IMG/VR virus record: IMGVR_UViG_3300025674_000062
Location: 1 to 52,209 of that record
Strand: one strand, 5' to 3'
DNA: 52,209 nucleotides
From: a virus
Lineage: Duplodnaviria; Caudoviricetes
A program made the position numbers and the translations under genes. The notes beneath the pieces were generated by a model. The model did not search any database and was not told the origin of the DNA. It saw only the letters and a list, made by a program, of their open reading frames with translations. Position 1 is the first letter of the stretch. Every line of letters begins with the position of its first letter. Below, in pieces: positions 26,485 through 37,541 of the stretch.

Positions 26485-29400
26485 TGGGAGAATTTGGATG
26501 GGCATATATAAGTGGTTCTAGAACAGTTGAAGCCAAAGGTATTGACGGATCAGTACAATACAAAGATGGTAACGATTTAAGTGGTTCTTCTAAATTTACT
26601 TTCAATGAAACTGATGGCCTAATTGTAACCGGAAGTGTTACGATATCTGGTTCTCTCACAGCAAATGAATACAGAGTTAATGTTGTTGATCAAACAGTAA
26701 CAAATCTTTATTCTTCAGGTTCGACAAAGTTTGGAAACACAGCAGACGATACACACCAATTCACAGGTTCAGTCTACTTTGCTAGTTCGACAACGACACT
26801 TTCAGCTTCGGCAGGATCAACTTTAATATACAGAGTTACAGGCTCTTATTGGTCTCAATTGAACCCAGCTCAACAATCAGCGGTATCAGTTATTGGTGAT
26901 TATTTTTATCTATCTTCATCAAATACGACACACAGAGGTATCTTAAATACAACAGTAACTTCCGGCTCTGATAGCGTTTTGGTTTCTGATGAAGCGGTGT
27001 TTTTAAGAGCTGATAATCCAGCTCTGGTAGTAAGCGGAGCAGCTGTGTTCAATGACCCTATATCGATACAAGGTGGTATCTTTGGAGCTTCTCCTGTTAA
27101 TGTTTATGCTCCTCTTTTATTTAGAAGAGATGACCTCAATGACACAGATGCACCTGATGAGGAAATGAGAATTGAAGGTGGAAAATTCGTTGGTAACTTG
27201 GTCCTTTCTTCATCAAACGACAATCATGGTTTATTCATTGAAGGTGCTGGTCGCTTGGTTATGAATTCACTACAAGATATTAGTGGCTCTGATGATTCTG
27301 ATGCTGAGCCTGCTCCCGAAATCTTGATGATTAATAATACTCCAGGTCAATTTTCTGCTCCGGTACTGGACATGAGAAACCTAAATGATGTGAATGTTGA
27401 CGAACATCAATTCTTTGTGACTAGAAGACATTCAAATTCAAGGTTTTATGCTGGTGAGTCTAGATACAGAATAGAACTTCCAGTTTTAACAGGGTCCAAT
27501 TCTTCTTCAGCTGATGATTATGAGACCGTGAATTATGATATTGCTAGAACTCTTGTTCAAACTGATCCTCGTCGTAATTCGCACTTAATGTTTATTCAGA
27601 CTTTGGAATCTAATATAGATCCTGAATATGAATTATTAGATGCTACTAACGACGCAGATAGAAATTTATCTGGTAGTGACGTTCCAATCATACATCCAAA
27701 TAGTCCTTTGTATGATTCTAATGAAGACAATTACAGTGCTAGTCTTTTTACTGTATTTGGAGCTGGGTCTTTTGCTAACGCTGGTCAAGGTAATAGGTAC
27801 GGTCTTAAAAGAGGTGTATTTGTCTTTGGAAATATTTTACCTCAAGCCGTCAATCTAAACGGCTCAGGGTTGGACAAAATTAGTTACCAATCTTATGAAG
27901 GTACAATAGGACACCCAGTAACACGTTGGGGTGACTTTTATATTCATGATAATAGACATATTCGCTGGGGACCTCAAGCTGGTGGTGGTTCTTATAAAAC
28001 ATTCTATAACTCAAACACAGCTTCAGCTGCTGATCGAGACGAAGAAAATACTGTTATACTTGGATACTCCACATCTTCAAACATGCTTGAAGTATCAGGT
28101 TCTCCAATGTATCTTTTAAATGGCCTGAATGTTGGAGGCGGAGAGCATATTAATTTTGGAGCAACAACCGGCTCAGATGGGTATGGAATTAGAGACAACT
28201 CCGGAACACTTCAATTCAAAAACTCTGGTGGAACTTGGGAAGATTTTGGAACAGGAACAGGAGATTCTACAATCGGTGCAGCAGAAGATGGCGATTACAC
28301 AGATGGCTTGTTTACAGATCTCACTTCCTCTATGCCAATTGGAACACCAATTGACAGATTTAATGAAGTTTTGAAGATTTTAGCTCCAAGTCCTGCTCCT
28401 TCTTTGAGTAGAATTGATTACACAAACACAGCAGGAATATCAGCAAAGCTTTCATTTGACTCCACAGATACAATAACAGATTATGCTAACTCCTCAACAG
28501 AAGCGGGATTTGATACTGTTACAAGAAACAATATCTACGAATCAGAAACCAGCGGCTCTAACGAACGACTTGGAATTTATGACGGAACACAAGACATCGA
28601 AGGTGTTTTAAACTTTAATGTCACAGCATCAACAACAAACGGTTATGATGCTTACACAGCAGATGCATTTGGTAATGCCGAGACAGGTTCATTAAAACTT
28701 GAACTAAATGGAACAGTTGTCCATACAGTCGATTTATCTTCATTCGGCTCAGGAAACAGTTACTTGAACACAACAGGTTCTGGTTTTACTTCAATATCAG
28801 TCACAGCTTCTTCATATGATGGAAATGGAGCTGAATGGTATATATTTAAATACAGGACAGCTCAATACAAAGTTGACACAGAAGATCAAAGAGCTGGTTG
28901 GAACTATGCTCGTGCTATTCATTCTATTGGCTCAACAGATTACGAAACAAATTATGTTGAATGGGTTAACGATCCTGATGGTTCTGTTTTAGCACTCTCG
29001 GCTACAAACGCAAGAATTGAAGATGTGTTCTTGACAGGTTCAAAGTTTGTATCTGGTGTTGAATACAATACAGATCTCACAGCTTCTTATAAAGCAGAGA
29101 TAAACAATATTTACAGAAATGTTTATCCGGATGGAAACATAATAACCTTTAACGAAACAAATTGTGATCCAATTACAGCACAATCTCTTTCAGCTCTTGG
29201 AGTTGGAGAAGACGAAACAAAAGTTGCTCAAGTTACAGCAAGCGTCAATAACGACCAAAACTTGCTTTTAAATGGCTCCATTTCTGTTTCCCTTAATGCA
29301 ACTCATCCACTTAAATCAAACCTCTCAAATAGTGGTTTAGCGTCCATTACGGGCATGCTAATAGACAATGATACAAGTGATCCTAATTCAAATCTTTCTG

Positions 29401-31823
29401 AAACGTTTATTGACGAAGATTTCAGAATAACATCGGGCTCTTATGATACACAAGCATCTGCTTCTTCTGCTACATGGGACTCCACAGTGCACATGACTTC
29501 TTCTGGACTCTCTGGATACAATGACGGAATGATACAATTCAACAGAAGATTGTACAATCCAGTTGATGGTGATTTGCCTGCTAGTGGAGACTTTTCTTCT
29601 CTTGCAAATGTCGAGACAGGACAACCTGATTACTCTAGCGAATCAGGAATAAGAACTTACTTTAGAAAAATACAAAACACCTCTGGTGGTGTTATCAGAG
29701 ATATGAAAATAACTTCTCAAAAGAGCGGATTTAAATTTAGTTCAGATACAATTGGACTAGACCCTAATGATGCTCACTTCTATATAAAAATTCCCGGGTC
29801 GACAGGGTGGATGAATATTTCAGAAACCTTTAATTATGGATTTACAGATGATGGAGATGGGGCTTACATCAATGGTGCTAGTGATAATTCAAATGCTACA
29901 GGTACAGGTAATTCTGTGCATTGCCTGACTTTTGGAACTCAATCAGTTGCTAACAATGAATATGTTTTAATAAAAATTGAAACAAATGGAATGTGGGGTT
30001 ACGTATCACAATTGGATTTTCAACTTGGTGCTTCTGATGTTGCTGCTCCGACAGAATCTTTGGCTCTTGATGATATTGATGCCGATGATACTGGTACCAC
30101 AGTTAAGTTGTCATTCGGTGCATCAAATACGGTATCTGACTACTCAAATGCAACTGGATCTTCAATTTCTTTGACGGACTTTGACACAAACAGCATTTAC
30201 AATGTTTCCGGAGACAGACGAGGAGTTTTCTCAAGCACAAGGATAATTAACGGAACTTTGAACGAAGATGTTGGATCAAACGGCTCCAACTACACTGCTA
30301 ATTCTTTTAAGGATGCTTACACAGGTTCTGTGGTTCTTGAAGTAAACGGTACCGAAGTTCATACAGTTTCTTTGGCAAACCTCAATGCAATAACAAACGA
30401 TTTTAACGGAAATTCATCAGGTTTTAGTTTATCTTCTGTTTCTTTCTCAGAGACAACAGATGGAATTCCAGATTACACAAAGCCTTACAGAACAGGAACC
30501 TATCAAGTAGGAACAGCCGATCAAAACACTGGTTGGAACTATGCGAGAGTAATTCATAGAATTGGCGGGACTGATACTGAAACCAACTATGTGGAATGGA
30601 TCATTGATCCTTCAGGCTCTGCAAATGATACAGAAGTTTCTGTTCCTGTATTGGATAATTTTGATCATTCTGATGTTTACTACCAATCAGGAATTGGATA
30701 CTTTGCTTCAAATCCATCGGCCTCGTTTGCCTTCACAGGATCTAATTTCTACAGAAATGTTTATCAAAATGGAACAGCTATTACTTTTCCAATTACAACA
30801 AATTGTTCCGTATCAAATATAAGAATAACCGGTTCAGGAATCACAACGTTCGATTCTGCTGTTTCTTTTACTTCAATGCCAGCTTTGAACAATACAACCG
30901 GTTGTGAAACTACAAGTATCGAAGTAACCGGTACAATGTTGTACGATGGAAGCTCCACATCAATAAGTGGAGGTCTTGGGTTATTCACAGACCGAGATGT
31001 AACTGTAACTGGTAGAATACTGCATCCATTCAAATCTGATAGAACAACGAACTCAGCTTCCAAGACTTCTTTCATGATTTATTCAGGCTCTATCGGAAGC
31101 ACTAATCTTAATACTAACGAATACTTTAACACTGAAGATTACAGAATTGTTTCTGGTAATTATGCTAATCAAGCGGCTATAACTTCTTCAGCTAACACTT
31201 GGGATTCCACAATCTCAGTGAACGACACAGCTTCCAATGCTCCTCATGCTGATGGTTTGGTTACTGTAAATGGTTATGCAATTTCTCCATTTAATATTGG
31301 AGTTGCTGGTGATACTAGAAATGTTTCTGATGGTGGGTCTCTCCAAGCTCCCTCATCTAATCCAAACTATTCTACGTTAGACGAAGATGTGAGAACAATT
31401 TATCGCTATTTCAGAAATGAATCAGGAGCATCTTCAATTACTCCAACTATTACTTTGTATGGAGACGCTAACCTAATAGCAAAATCTGGAGCTTTTTATA
31501 CGGGAACTCTTGGAGCAAACAAGAATATAACAGTTGAAATGAAAGTCTCATATGATCCTACTTACACTGGACTTGATGACAAATCAACGGCTTGGGCGGA
31601 TTGCATTAGACCTTATCAAAGTGGTGTTCAACCAACAACTGATGGTGTTGGAATCTTCAATGGTGGAGGTTCTGATTTAAATCAAACAGTTACTACTGGA
31701 GGTCGAGCAATTCCACTACAACTCCAACAATCACAGATAAGAGACGATCAATATTTTGTTGTCAAAATATCAGCACATAAAGACTGGACAGGCTATCTAT
31801 CTAGAATCCAAATAACATACTAG
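26484..31823 (+). CDS. very large virion structural/fibre protein with ~545-aa internal duplication
   Basis: 1779 aa, rich in S/T/G/D/N; two copies of ...LE(L/V)NGT.VHTV...GWNYAR.IH.IG.TD.ETNYVEW..DP.GS. Confidence 0.7.
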   Translation: MGEFGWAYISGSRTVEAKGIDGSVQYKDGNDLSGSSKFTFNETDGLIVTGSVTISGSLTANEYRVNVVDQTVTNLYSSGSTKFGNTADDTHQFTGSVYFASSTTTLSASAGSTLIYRVTGSYWSQLNPAQQSAVSVIGDYFYLSSSNTTHRGILNTTVTSGSDSVLVSDEAVFLRADNPALVVSGAAVFNDPISIQGGIFGASPVNVYAPLLFRRDDLNDTDAPDEEMRIEGGKFVGNLVLSSSNDNHGLFIEGAGRLVMNSLQDISGSDDSDAEPAPEILMINNTPGQFSAPVLDMRNLNDVNVDEHQFFVTRRHSNSRFYAGESRYRIELPVLTGSNSSSADDYETVNYDIARTLVQTDPRRNSHLMFIQTLESNIDPEYELLDATNDADRNLSGSDVPIIHPNSPLYDSNEDNYSASLFTVFGAGSFANAGQGNRYGLKRGVFVFGNILPQAVNLNGSGLDKISYQSYEGTIGHPVTRWGDFYIHDNRHIRWGPQAGGGSYKTFYNSNTASAADRDEENTVILGYSTSSNMLEVSGSPMYLLNGLNVGGGEHINFGATTGSDGYGIRDNSGTLQFKNSGGTWEDFGTGTGDSTIGAAEDGDYTDGLFTDLTSSMPIGTPIDRFNEVLKILAPSPAPSLSRIDYTNTAGISAKLSFDSTDTITDYANSSTEAGFDTVTRNNIYESETSGSNERLGIYDGTQDIEGVLNFNVTASTTNGYDAYTADAFGNAETGSLKLELNGTVVHTVDLSSFGSGNSYLNTTGSGFTSISVTASSYDGNGAEWYIFKYRTAQYKVDTEDQRAGWNYARAIHSIGSTDYETNYVEWVNDPDGSVLALSATNARIEDVFLTGSKFVSGVEYNTDLTASYKAEINNIYRNVYPDGNIITFNETNCDPITAQSLSALGVGEDETKVAQVTASVNNDQNLLLNGSISVSLNATHPLKSNLSNSGLASITGMLIDNDTSDPNSNLSETFIDEDFRITSGSYDTQASASSATWDSTVHMTSSGLSGYNDGMIQFNRRLYNPVDGDLPASGDFSSLANVETGQPDYSSESGIRTYFRKIQNTSGGVIRDMKITSQKSGFKFSSDTIGLDPNDAHFYIKIPGSTGWMNISETFNYGFTDDGDGAYINGASDNSNATGTGNSVHCLTFGTQSVANNEYVLIKIETNGMWGYVSQLDFQLGASDVAAPTESLALDDIDADDTGTTVKLSFGASNTVSDYSNATGSSISLTDFDTNSIYNVSGDRRGVFSSTRIINGTLNEDVGSNGSNYTANSFKDAYTGSVVLEVNGTEVHTVSLANLNAITNDFNGNSSGFSLSSVSFSETTDGIPDYTKPYRTGTYQVGTADQNTGWNYARVIHRIGGTDTETNYVEWIIDPSGSANDTEVSVPVLDNFDHSDVYYQSGIGYFASNPSASFAFTGSNFYRNVYQNGTAITFPITTNCSVSNIRITGSGITTFDSAVSFTSMPALNNTTGCETTSIEVTGTMLYDGSSTSISGGLGLFTDRDVTVTGRILHPFKSDRTTNSASKTSFMIYSGSIGSTNLNTNEYFNTEDYRIVSGNYANQAAITSSANTWDSTISVNDTASNAPHADGLVTVNGYAISPFNIGVAGDTRNVSDGGSLQAPSSNPNYSTLDEDVRTIYRYFRNESGASSITPTITLYGDANLIAKSGAFYTGTLGANKNITVEMKVSYDPTYTGLDDKSTAWADCIRPYQSGVQPTTDGVGIFNGGGSDLNQTVTTGGRAIPLQLQQSQIRDDQYFVVKISAHKDWTGYLSRIQITY

Positions 31824-31830
31824 GTCAATA

Positions 31831-33747
31831 ATGAGTACAGGAAAAACTAATTTAACATCAACCCAATTTGCAGCCAAGAAACTTCTAGGTAAAGCTCACA
31901 CATCTAATAAGTTATCAGATGTTAACGAATCGATACCCTCAAATGTTTCTATGCCTTCTGATGGTATCTATGCTGAACCTATTCCCAATAGCCCTGGTGA
32001 TACTTTCTACACTCTGTATTCAGCTTCTGCTGGTGATCCTGCAACAGTTGAAAGAGTTTATTTTGATATTGTTGGAATTGACGGAACTGAATATGATGCT
32101 AATGATTCTGATGGTGGAGGCGATGAAGCTTCTGATTATGGTAAGCATGGATATTACCTAAAGCTTCCTTCAAACTATGAATCTACTTCATCAAATCCAA
32201 ATGCTAGCACCGGATCTTTTACGAACGGTAAACGCATTTATGACTCTCGTGGTGCTCTACAACTAGTACACCCATTAATATCAAATGCTTCTCCAAATAA
32301 ATATTTCTTAAAGTTATATAAAGGAGATCCTTCAAACCCAGCAAATGAAATTACTTCTGGTGATTCAATTGATTGGCAAATTGATTATTATTCCGGTGTT
32401 GTCTTTATTCAGGATTTCAATTCTTCAATTGTGCCGGTCACAGCTTCAGCTTATCTTTATGTTGGAAAATACTTAAATGAAAAACTTTCTGATATTGATA
32501 CAGAAGCCGGCAACATTACGGTAAAAGATGAAGGTTCTATTGTTACTACTTCCGCTTCTTCATTAAATTTTGTTGGTTCTGGTGTTGTAGCAACCAATAG
32601 TGGAGGAGATGTAACTGTAACGATTGACGATGCAGCTATAACTGCTTTGAATAATCAGGCAGAAAACAGACTTGTAACAATTGGCTCAACAACAACAGAA
32701 CTAGACGGTGAAGCAAATCTTACATTTGACGGATCAGAGTTAATATTAACCGGCTCTTCTATTTTTAATGGCTCTCTGACTTCGTCTAACATTGTGCCAT
32801 TGTCAGATGAGCAATATGATCTTGGACAAGTTGAATTAAGATATGAAAACCTTTATGCAAAGTTCTTAGATGGTGGACTTATGTTCACAGCTATAAATGA
32901 TGAAGGAGCTACAATTACCAGAGGACAAGCTGTTTATGTAAAAGGTATTTCTGGTCAAACTCCTACAATAGCACTTGCTGCTGCTGATGATGCTTCAAAA
33001 ATGCCAGTTATGGGTTTGGTTGCTGATGGTACTTCTAATGATGGTAACGAAGTACGAATAGTCACTCTTGGAAGACTTAATGGATTTGATACCTCAATGT
33101 TTTCTGCTGGTGACACTTTGTACGTTCAAACAGGATCTGGTGGAGTTTCTGGTAGCTTAACTAATTCACCACCTACTGGTTCAGGTGCCTTAATACAAAA
33201 TATTGCAAGAGTTCTTAAATCAGATAATTCAGGACAAGTAAGGGTTGGTGGTGCTGGAAGAACTAACGCTACTCCGAATCTAGATAAAGGCCACATTTTC
33301 ATAGGTAACGATTCCGACCAAGCAGTTCAAGATAATACAGTCTTTATTTCTTCTTCTGTAAACAAGGTAGGTATTAATACCATAAACCCCACACACACAT
33401 TAACCGTTAATGGTACTGTGTCTGCATCAGCATATGTAGGAATTGAAACAGGCATCTCCTATTCAAGAACCCAAGTTACCACAACTATCACTGCATCAGT
33501 TTCTTCAACAATTCTTGGAGTCACGGCTTCTTCTGCTGTTGAAATAAGATTACCTTCTGCTGGAGATTATGATGCCGGACAATATTTTACTGTAAAAGAC
33601 GAATCAGGATTGGCCAATTCTAATAGTATAACCATCCTTGCATCAGGTTCTCAAACTATTGACGGACAAGCTTCAATCGTTCTTGAATCGCCGTACGCCG
33701 CCGTAAACTTATACTCAAACGGCACCGATAAATTCTTTATTTACTAG
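31831..33747 (+). CDS. virion fibre/decoration protein
   Basis: ITVKDEGS, GRTNATPNL, KVGINTINPTHTLTVNG fibre motifs; C-terminal LPSA...SQTIDG...LESPYAAV domain. Confidence 0.65.
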   Translation: MSTGKTNLTSTQFAAKKLLGKAHTSNKLSDVNESIPSNVSMPSDGIYAEPIPNSPGDTFYTLYSASAGDPATVERVYFDIVGIDGTEYDANDSDGGGDEASDYGKHGYYLKLPSNYESTSSNPNASTGSFTNGKRIYDSRGALQLVHPLISNASPNKYFLKLYKGDPSNPANEITSGDSIDWQIDYYSGVVFIQDFNSSIVPVTASAYLYVGKYLNEKLSDIDTEAGNITVKDEGSIVTTSASSLNFVGSGVVATNSGGDVTVTIDDAAITALNNQAENRLVTIGSTTTELDGEANLTFDGSELILTGSSIFNGSLTSSNIVPLSDEQYDLGQVELRYENLYAKFLDGGLMFTAINDEGATITRGQAVYVKGISGQTPTIALAAADDASKMPVMGLVADGTSNDGNEVRIVTLGRLNGFDTSMFSAGDTLYVQTGSGGVSGSLTNSPPTGSGALIQNIARVLKSDNSGQVRVGGAGRTNATPNLDKGHIFIGNDSDQAVQDNTVFISSSVNKVGINTINPTHTLTVNGTVSASAYVGIETGISYSRTQVTTTITASVSSTILGVTASSAVEIRLPSAGDYDAGQYFTVKDESGLANSNSITILASGSQTIDGQASIVLESPYAAVNLYSNGTDKFFIY

Positions 33748-33844
33748 AAACATTTTTGGTCGTTTAGAAAACTAGTTTCTATTTAACACCTAGGGCGCTT
33801 TGTGCGCTCTATTTTATAACATATTTTCTATGGAGGATTATAAT

Positions 33845-35353
33845 ATGGCTTATAAATTTCAATTGGGAGCATTTACTGCTTCTGGTTCTATCAAAGCTGA
33901 AGAAGGTTTTGATGCGAACTCTCAAAATATTGCTTCTGTTTTAACAGCTTCTGTTTCTGAACTTGATGTTAATTCTGGTCAAGCTGTTATTAGCGCAAAT
34001 GGTTTAGGTGTTTTTCAAGGCGGTCTTAATGCTGCTGATCAAGGTATCGCTTCTGCTGGTGCTATTTCTGGTGTATCAACAATTTCTGGCTCTGGTAAGT
34101 TTCAAATGGCTTCTATGGCTCTTGGTGGAGTTGATGTATCTGCTACTGCTGCTGAGTTGAACTATCTTGCTGGTGCTGATGCGAATATCAATAGCTTAGT
34201 TCTTCCAGCTTCAACAACCATTTCTTCTTTTGGTGCTTCTATTATAGATGATGCTGATGCTTCTGCTGCTAGAACTACTCTTGGTGTTGCTATTGGATCT
34301 GACGTTCAAGCTTATGATGCAGAATTGGCTGCTATTGCTGGTTTGACTTCTGCTGCTGACAAAGGTATTCAATTCACAGGTAACGGAACCGCTGCTACTT
34401 ATGACTTGACTGCTGCTGGTAAAGCACTTCTTGATGATGCTGATGCGTCTGCTCAAAGAACAACTCTCGGCGTTGCTATTGGATCTGACGTTCAAGCTTG
34501 GGATGCTGATCTTGACACATTGTCAGGAATGCAGTCTGGTGCTCCTGCTGCATTGGCTCTTTTGACATCGGCTGAAGTTGCACTTCTTGATGGTGCTTCT
34601 AGTCTCAACAATACAGCTTCTAAGGCGGTTATCTTGGACGGTTTGGGTGATCTTTCTATTGCTGGTTCTGGTTCTATTACTGGTGATTTGACTGTTTCTG
34701 GTGATCTTGTTATCTTAGGTGCTACTGTTTCTGCTTCTGTTGAACAATTGTTGATCCAAGATGCTTTAATCACTATTGGTGATGGTGATGCATCTCTTCA
34801 AACTGGCAGAGGTTTTGAAATTGGTAATGATTATGCTTCTTTCAAGACAGCGAATGCTGATCTCTCTGGCAATGGTGCTGAAGATTATTTTGAATCTTCT
34901 ATTGCTCTTTCTGCTTCTAGTGTTTACGGTGGAACTCTCTTGGTAGCCGAAGCTTACACAAGTAATTGGGATATCACATCTACACATATTTCTGGTGGAT
35001 TGCCTGTTTCTGCTTCTGCTTTTGTTGGTGATGGTTCTCAATTAACTGGAATTACCGCTGATTCTGTTACTTTAACACCAGTTTCAAAAGCTGATACTGA
35101 TACTTTGGAAGCTAATAAAGTTAACTATTTTGGTGATAACTCAAATGCTACTTGGAATGTAAATCTTCCTGCTTCTCCTGATGCTGGTGATTACATTTAC
35201 ATTAAAGCTGCTGACATTACCGGAACAGGTAGAATTAATATTAACAGAGCTGGATCTCAAACAATTGATGGTGAAATTTCAATTACTCTTGAGTCTCCTT
35301 ATGCTGCTGTTACATTGATCTATGTTGCTTCAAATGATTGGAGAGTATTCTAA
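33845..35353 (+). CDS. virion fibre protein
   Basis: GGAGG before ATG 33845; repeated DDADASA.RTTLGVAIGSDVQA.DA.L; C-terminal domain shared with 31831..33747. Confidence 0.65.
   Translation: MAYKFQLGAFTASGSIKAEEGFDANSQNIASVLTASVSELDVNSGQAVISANGLGVFQGGLNAADQGIASAGAISGVSTISGSGKFQMASMALGGVDVSATAAELNYLAGADANINSLVLPASTTISSFGASIIDDADASAARTTLGVAIGSDVQAYDAELAAIAGLTSAADKGIQFTGNGTAATYDLTAAGKALLDDADASAQRTTLGVAIGSDVQAWDADLDTLSGMQSGAPAALALLTSAEVALLDGASSLNNTASKAVILDGLGDLSIAGSGSITGDLTVSGDLVILGATVSASVEQLLIQDALITIGDGDASLQTGRGFEIGNDYASFKTANADLSGNGAEDYFESSIALSASSVYGGTLLVAEAYTSNWDITSTHISGGLPVSASAFVGDGSQLTGITADSVTLTPVSKADTDTLEANKVNYFGDNSNATWNVNLPASPDAGDYIYIKAADITGTGRININRAGSQTIDGEISITLESPYAAVTLIYVASNDWRVF
34247..34506 (+). 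repeat. imperfect direct repeat (2 copies, 186-nt spacing) in fibre gene
   Basis: GATGATGCTGATGC...GTTGCTATTGGATCTGACGTTCAAGCTT at 34247 and 34433. Confidence 0.8.
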
Positions 35354-35397
35354 TCTAGATTATTCTTGTCGAGATTATTATCTTTGCTCTCAAAAAG

Positions 35398-35424
35398 AAG
35401 GTCGGGCTTTTGCTCGGCCTTTTT
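35398..35424 (+). terminator. intrinsic terminator
   Basis: AAGGTCGGGC-TTTT-GCTCGGCCTTTTT. Confidence 0.7.
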
Positions 35425-35449
35425 CTATTTATTGAAAAAGGAGAAATAT

Positions 35450-36415
35450 ATGTCTTACAAATATTCAAAAGGATCTCAAGTTATTGGAGATTTAAAAGCG
35501 GCGGATGATGCCGAGAGAAATACTATGATTGATTTTGGAGAGGACCAAATCGATTTTCAAACAGGTGGTTTAACAAGATTAAAAATTGAAAACAATGAAA
35601 TAACAACAACGGTTCCAATACATATAAGCGGATCTCAAACAGAAGGCTTGAGAATAGGAAAAGCAGGAAATCATTTTAGAGAAATACAATTTGAAACAGA
35701 CGGAGTCGACACAGCTTTTATTCAAGTTGATTCTTCTGAAGGTATGGTAATTGGATGCCAATCACTAAACGATGAGATTATTATTCAAACAACCGATGGT
35801 GGAGGACTTGGAGAAGTTGCTAGATTTACAGCAAACAAAAGAGTTGGAATTGGAGAAACAAATCCTCAAGAAACACTACATGTTAGTGGAGGTACTATTA
35901 TAGAAAGTGATTTAAAAGTCAATATGAATATTTTAGATTATGAAAATAAAAGCTTTATTAAGAACATAGATACAGGTGGCTTCTTAGCATCAGCTCCTAA
36001 CACTAACACCTTAAGACTGCCAAATGATACAACATCAGAATCTACAACTGGTGTCAATTACAATACTATATTTGTATGCCCTTTTAGTGGAAGTGTTGAT
36101 AAATTAATAATAAGAAGTTCTAACGATGCTCTTGGCGGAAGTCTTGCAGATCTTGGAGACTTAACAGCTTCAGTTCAAATCGGGTTCGATGGCAAAGATG
36201 GTTATTTAATTGATTCAAATCCAGATGCTGAAGAAACTGTTGCAATAGCTAATGCGCAATTAGGAGCTAATACAAATATAGTTTTTAATTTTACAGGATC
36301 TAACTTTAGCCCAAGTGATGTTTTTTCAGTCTCTTTAAAACCTACAAACAATTGGAATAATAATGGTAATAAATACATCAACTTTACTATTGTCTCGTCT
36401 TATCTTTTGGATTAG
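35450..36415 (+). CDS. fibre-like structural protein
   Basis: AAGGAG before ATG 35450; RVGIGETNPQETLHVSG fibre motif; TCTATTTA upstream. Confidence 0.6.
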   Translation: MSYKYSKGSQVIGDLKAADDAERNTMIDFGEDQIDFQTGGLTRLKIENNEITTTVPIHISGSQTEGLRIGKAGNHFREIQFETDGVDTAFIQVDSSEGMVIGCQSLNDEIIIQTTDGGGLGEVARFTANKRVGIGETNPQETLHVSGGTIIESDLKVNMNILDYENKSFIKNIDTGGFLASAPNTNTLRLPNDTTSESTTGVNYNTIFVCPFSGSVDKLIIRSSNDALGGSLADLGDLTASVQIGFDGKDGYLIDSNPDAEETVAIANAQLGANTNIVFNFTGSNFSPSDVFSVSLKPTNNWNNNGNKYINFTIVSSYLLD

Positions 36416-36479
36416 AGGCTTTTCTAGTTTCTTAAACTATTTATTGTGATAAACGTTTATTAAAAATAGGAGATTATAG

Positions 36480-37523
36480 ATGTCATCTATGTTAGAACAA
36501 GCTATTGTTGATGCTAAGGCTTTAAAAGAAGCAGCTCTCAAGAATGCAGAGCAGGCGGTAATCGACAAATATTCCTCTGAAATTAAAGCTGCTGTTGAGG
36601 AGCTATTAGAAGGAAATGATAACTCACAAAAAGAAGTGATTCAAGAAGAAATGGATATTCCATTTGCCTCCGATCCTTCTCTTGCTGATGATGAGCCAGT
36701 TGAAATGGAAATGGAATTTGAATTTAATCCAGAAGATTTTCGTCTTGATTTGGAATCAATCAAACAACAAGCAGAAGAAGATCCAACAAGCGGCGGAGAA
36801 CAGCCACAGGACACCGAATCTCTTGCGGCAGACATTGGTGCCTCCGAAGCTCCCGAAGAGCCTCCAGCGGAAGATATGGGCGATTTAGGCGGTCTTTTGC
36901 AAGAAGGTGAAGAGGAAGAAGATGATTTGTTAAATGAATTGATTTCTATGCTTGAAGATGATGAAGAATTATTGGATGAAGCTCTTGTTGTTGATATGGA
37001 AGAAGTTAAACATGGTCATGTTGTAACAGATAACTCAGCAAGAAAATATGATGCTGAAATGGAGTTGGCAAAACAACAATCAACAAAGTATCAAGAAAAA
37101 GCTAAAGAATTAGAAAAACAAGTCGGAGAATTACAAAACTCTGTTCTTATGTATCAAGACAAACAGGATCAATTAAGAACTGTTCTTGATGACATGAAAG
37201 GTAAGTTAGAAGAAATGGTTTTACAAAATGCTAGACTTTTGTATAGCAATAAAGTTTTACGCGATGCCTCCTTGAATGAGCGACAAAAAGATAAAATTGT
37301 CGAAGCAATCGCTAAGGCGGAGACTTTGAAAGAAGCAAAGACTCTTTACACAACTCTTAAAGAAACTACAGTGGGTACCAAACAAAATGGTCCAAAATCA
37401 CTAAGTGAGTCAGTACAGAGAAAGCAGGTTCTTTCTGCACATCTGCCAAGACGCAAGCAAGAAAACATAACAGAGTCGCATGATTTTGCTTCTCGTATGA
37501 AAAAACTTGCTGGCATAGACTAA
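36480..37523 (+). CDS. prohead core scaffold protein (T4 gp22-like)
   Basis: Acidic and coiled-coil, many LxE sites, ends RMKKLAGID; immediately upstream of the major capsid gene; ACTATTTA 36436-36443. Confidence 0.75.
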   Translation: MSSMLEQAIVDAKALKEAALKNAEQAVIDKYSSEIKAAVEELLEGNDNSQKEVIQEEMDIPFASDPSLADDEPVEMEMEFEFNPEDFRLDLESIKQQAEEDPTSGGEQPQDTESLAADIGASEAPEEPPAEDMGDLGGLLQEGEEEEDDLLNELISMLEDDEELLDEALVVDMEEVKHGHVVTDNSARKYDAEMELAKQQSTKYQEKAKELEKQVGELQNSVLMYQDKQDQLRTVLDDMKGKLEEMVLQNARLLYSNKVLRDASLNERQKDKIVEAIAKAETLKEAKTLYTTLKETTVGTKQNGPKSLSESVQRKQVLSAHLPRRKQENITESHDFASRMKKLAGID

Positions 37524-37541
37524 TATAAAGGAGAAATTAAT

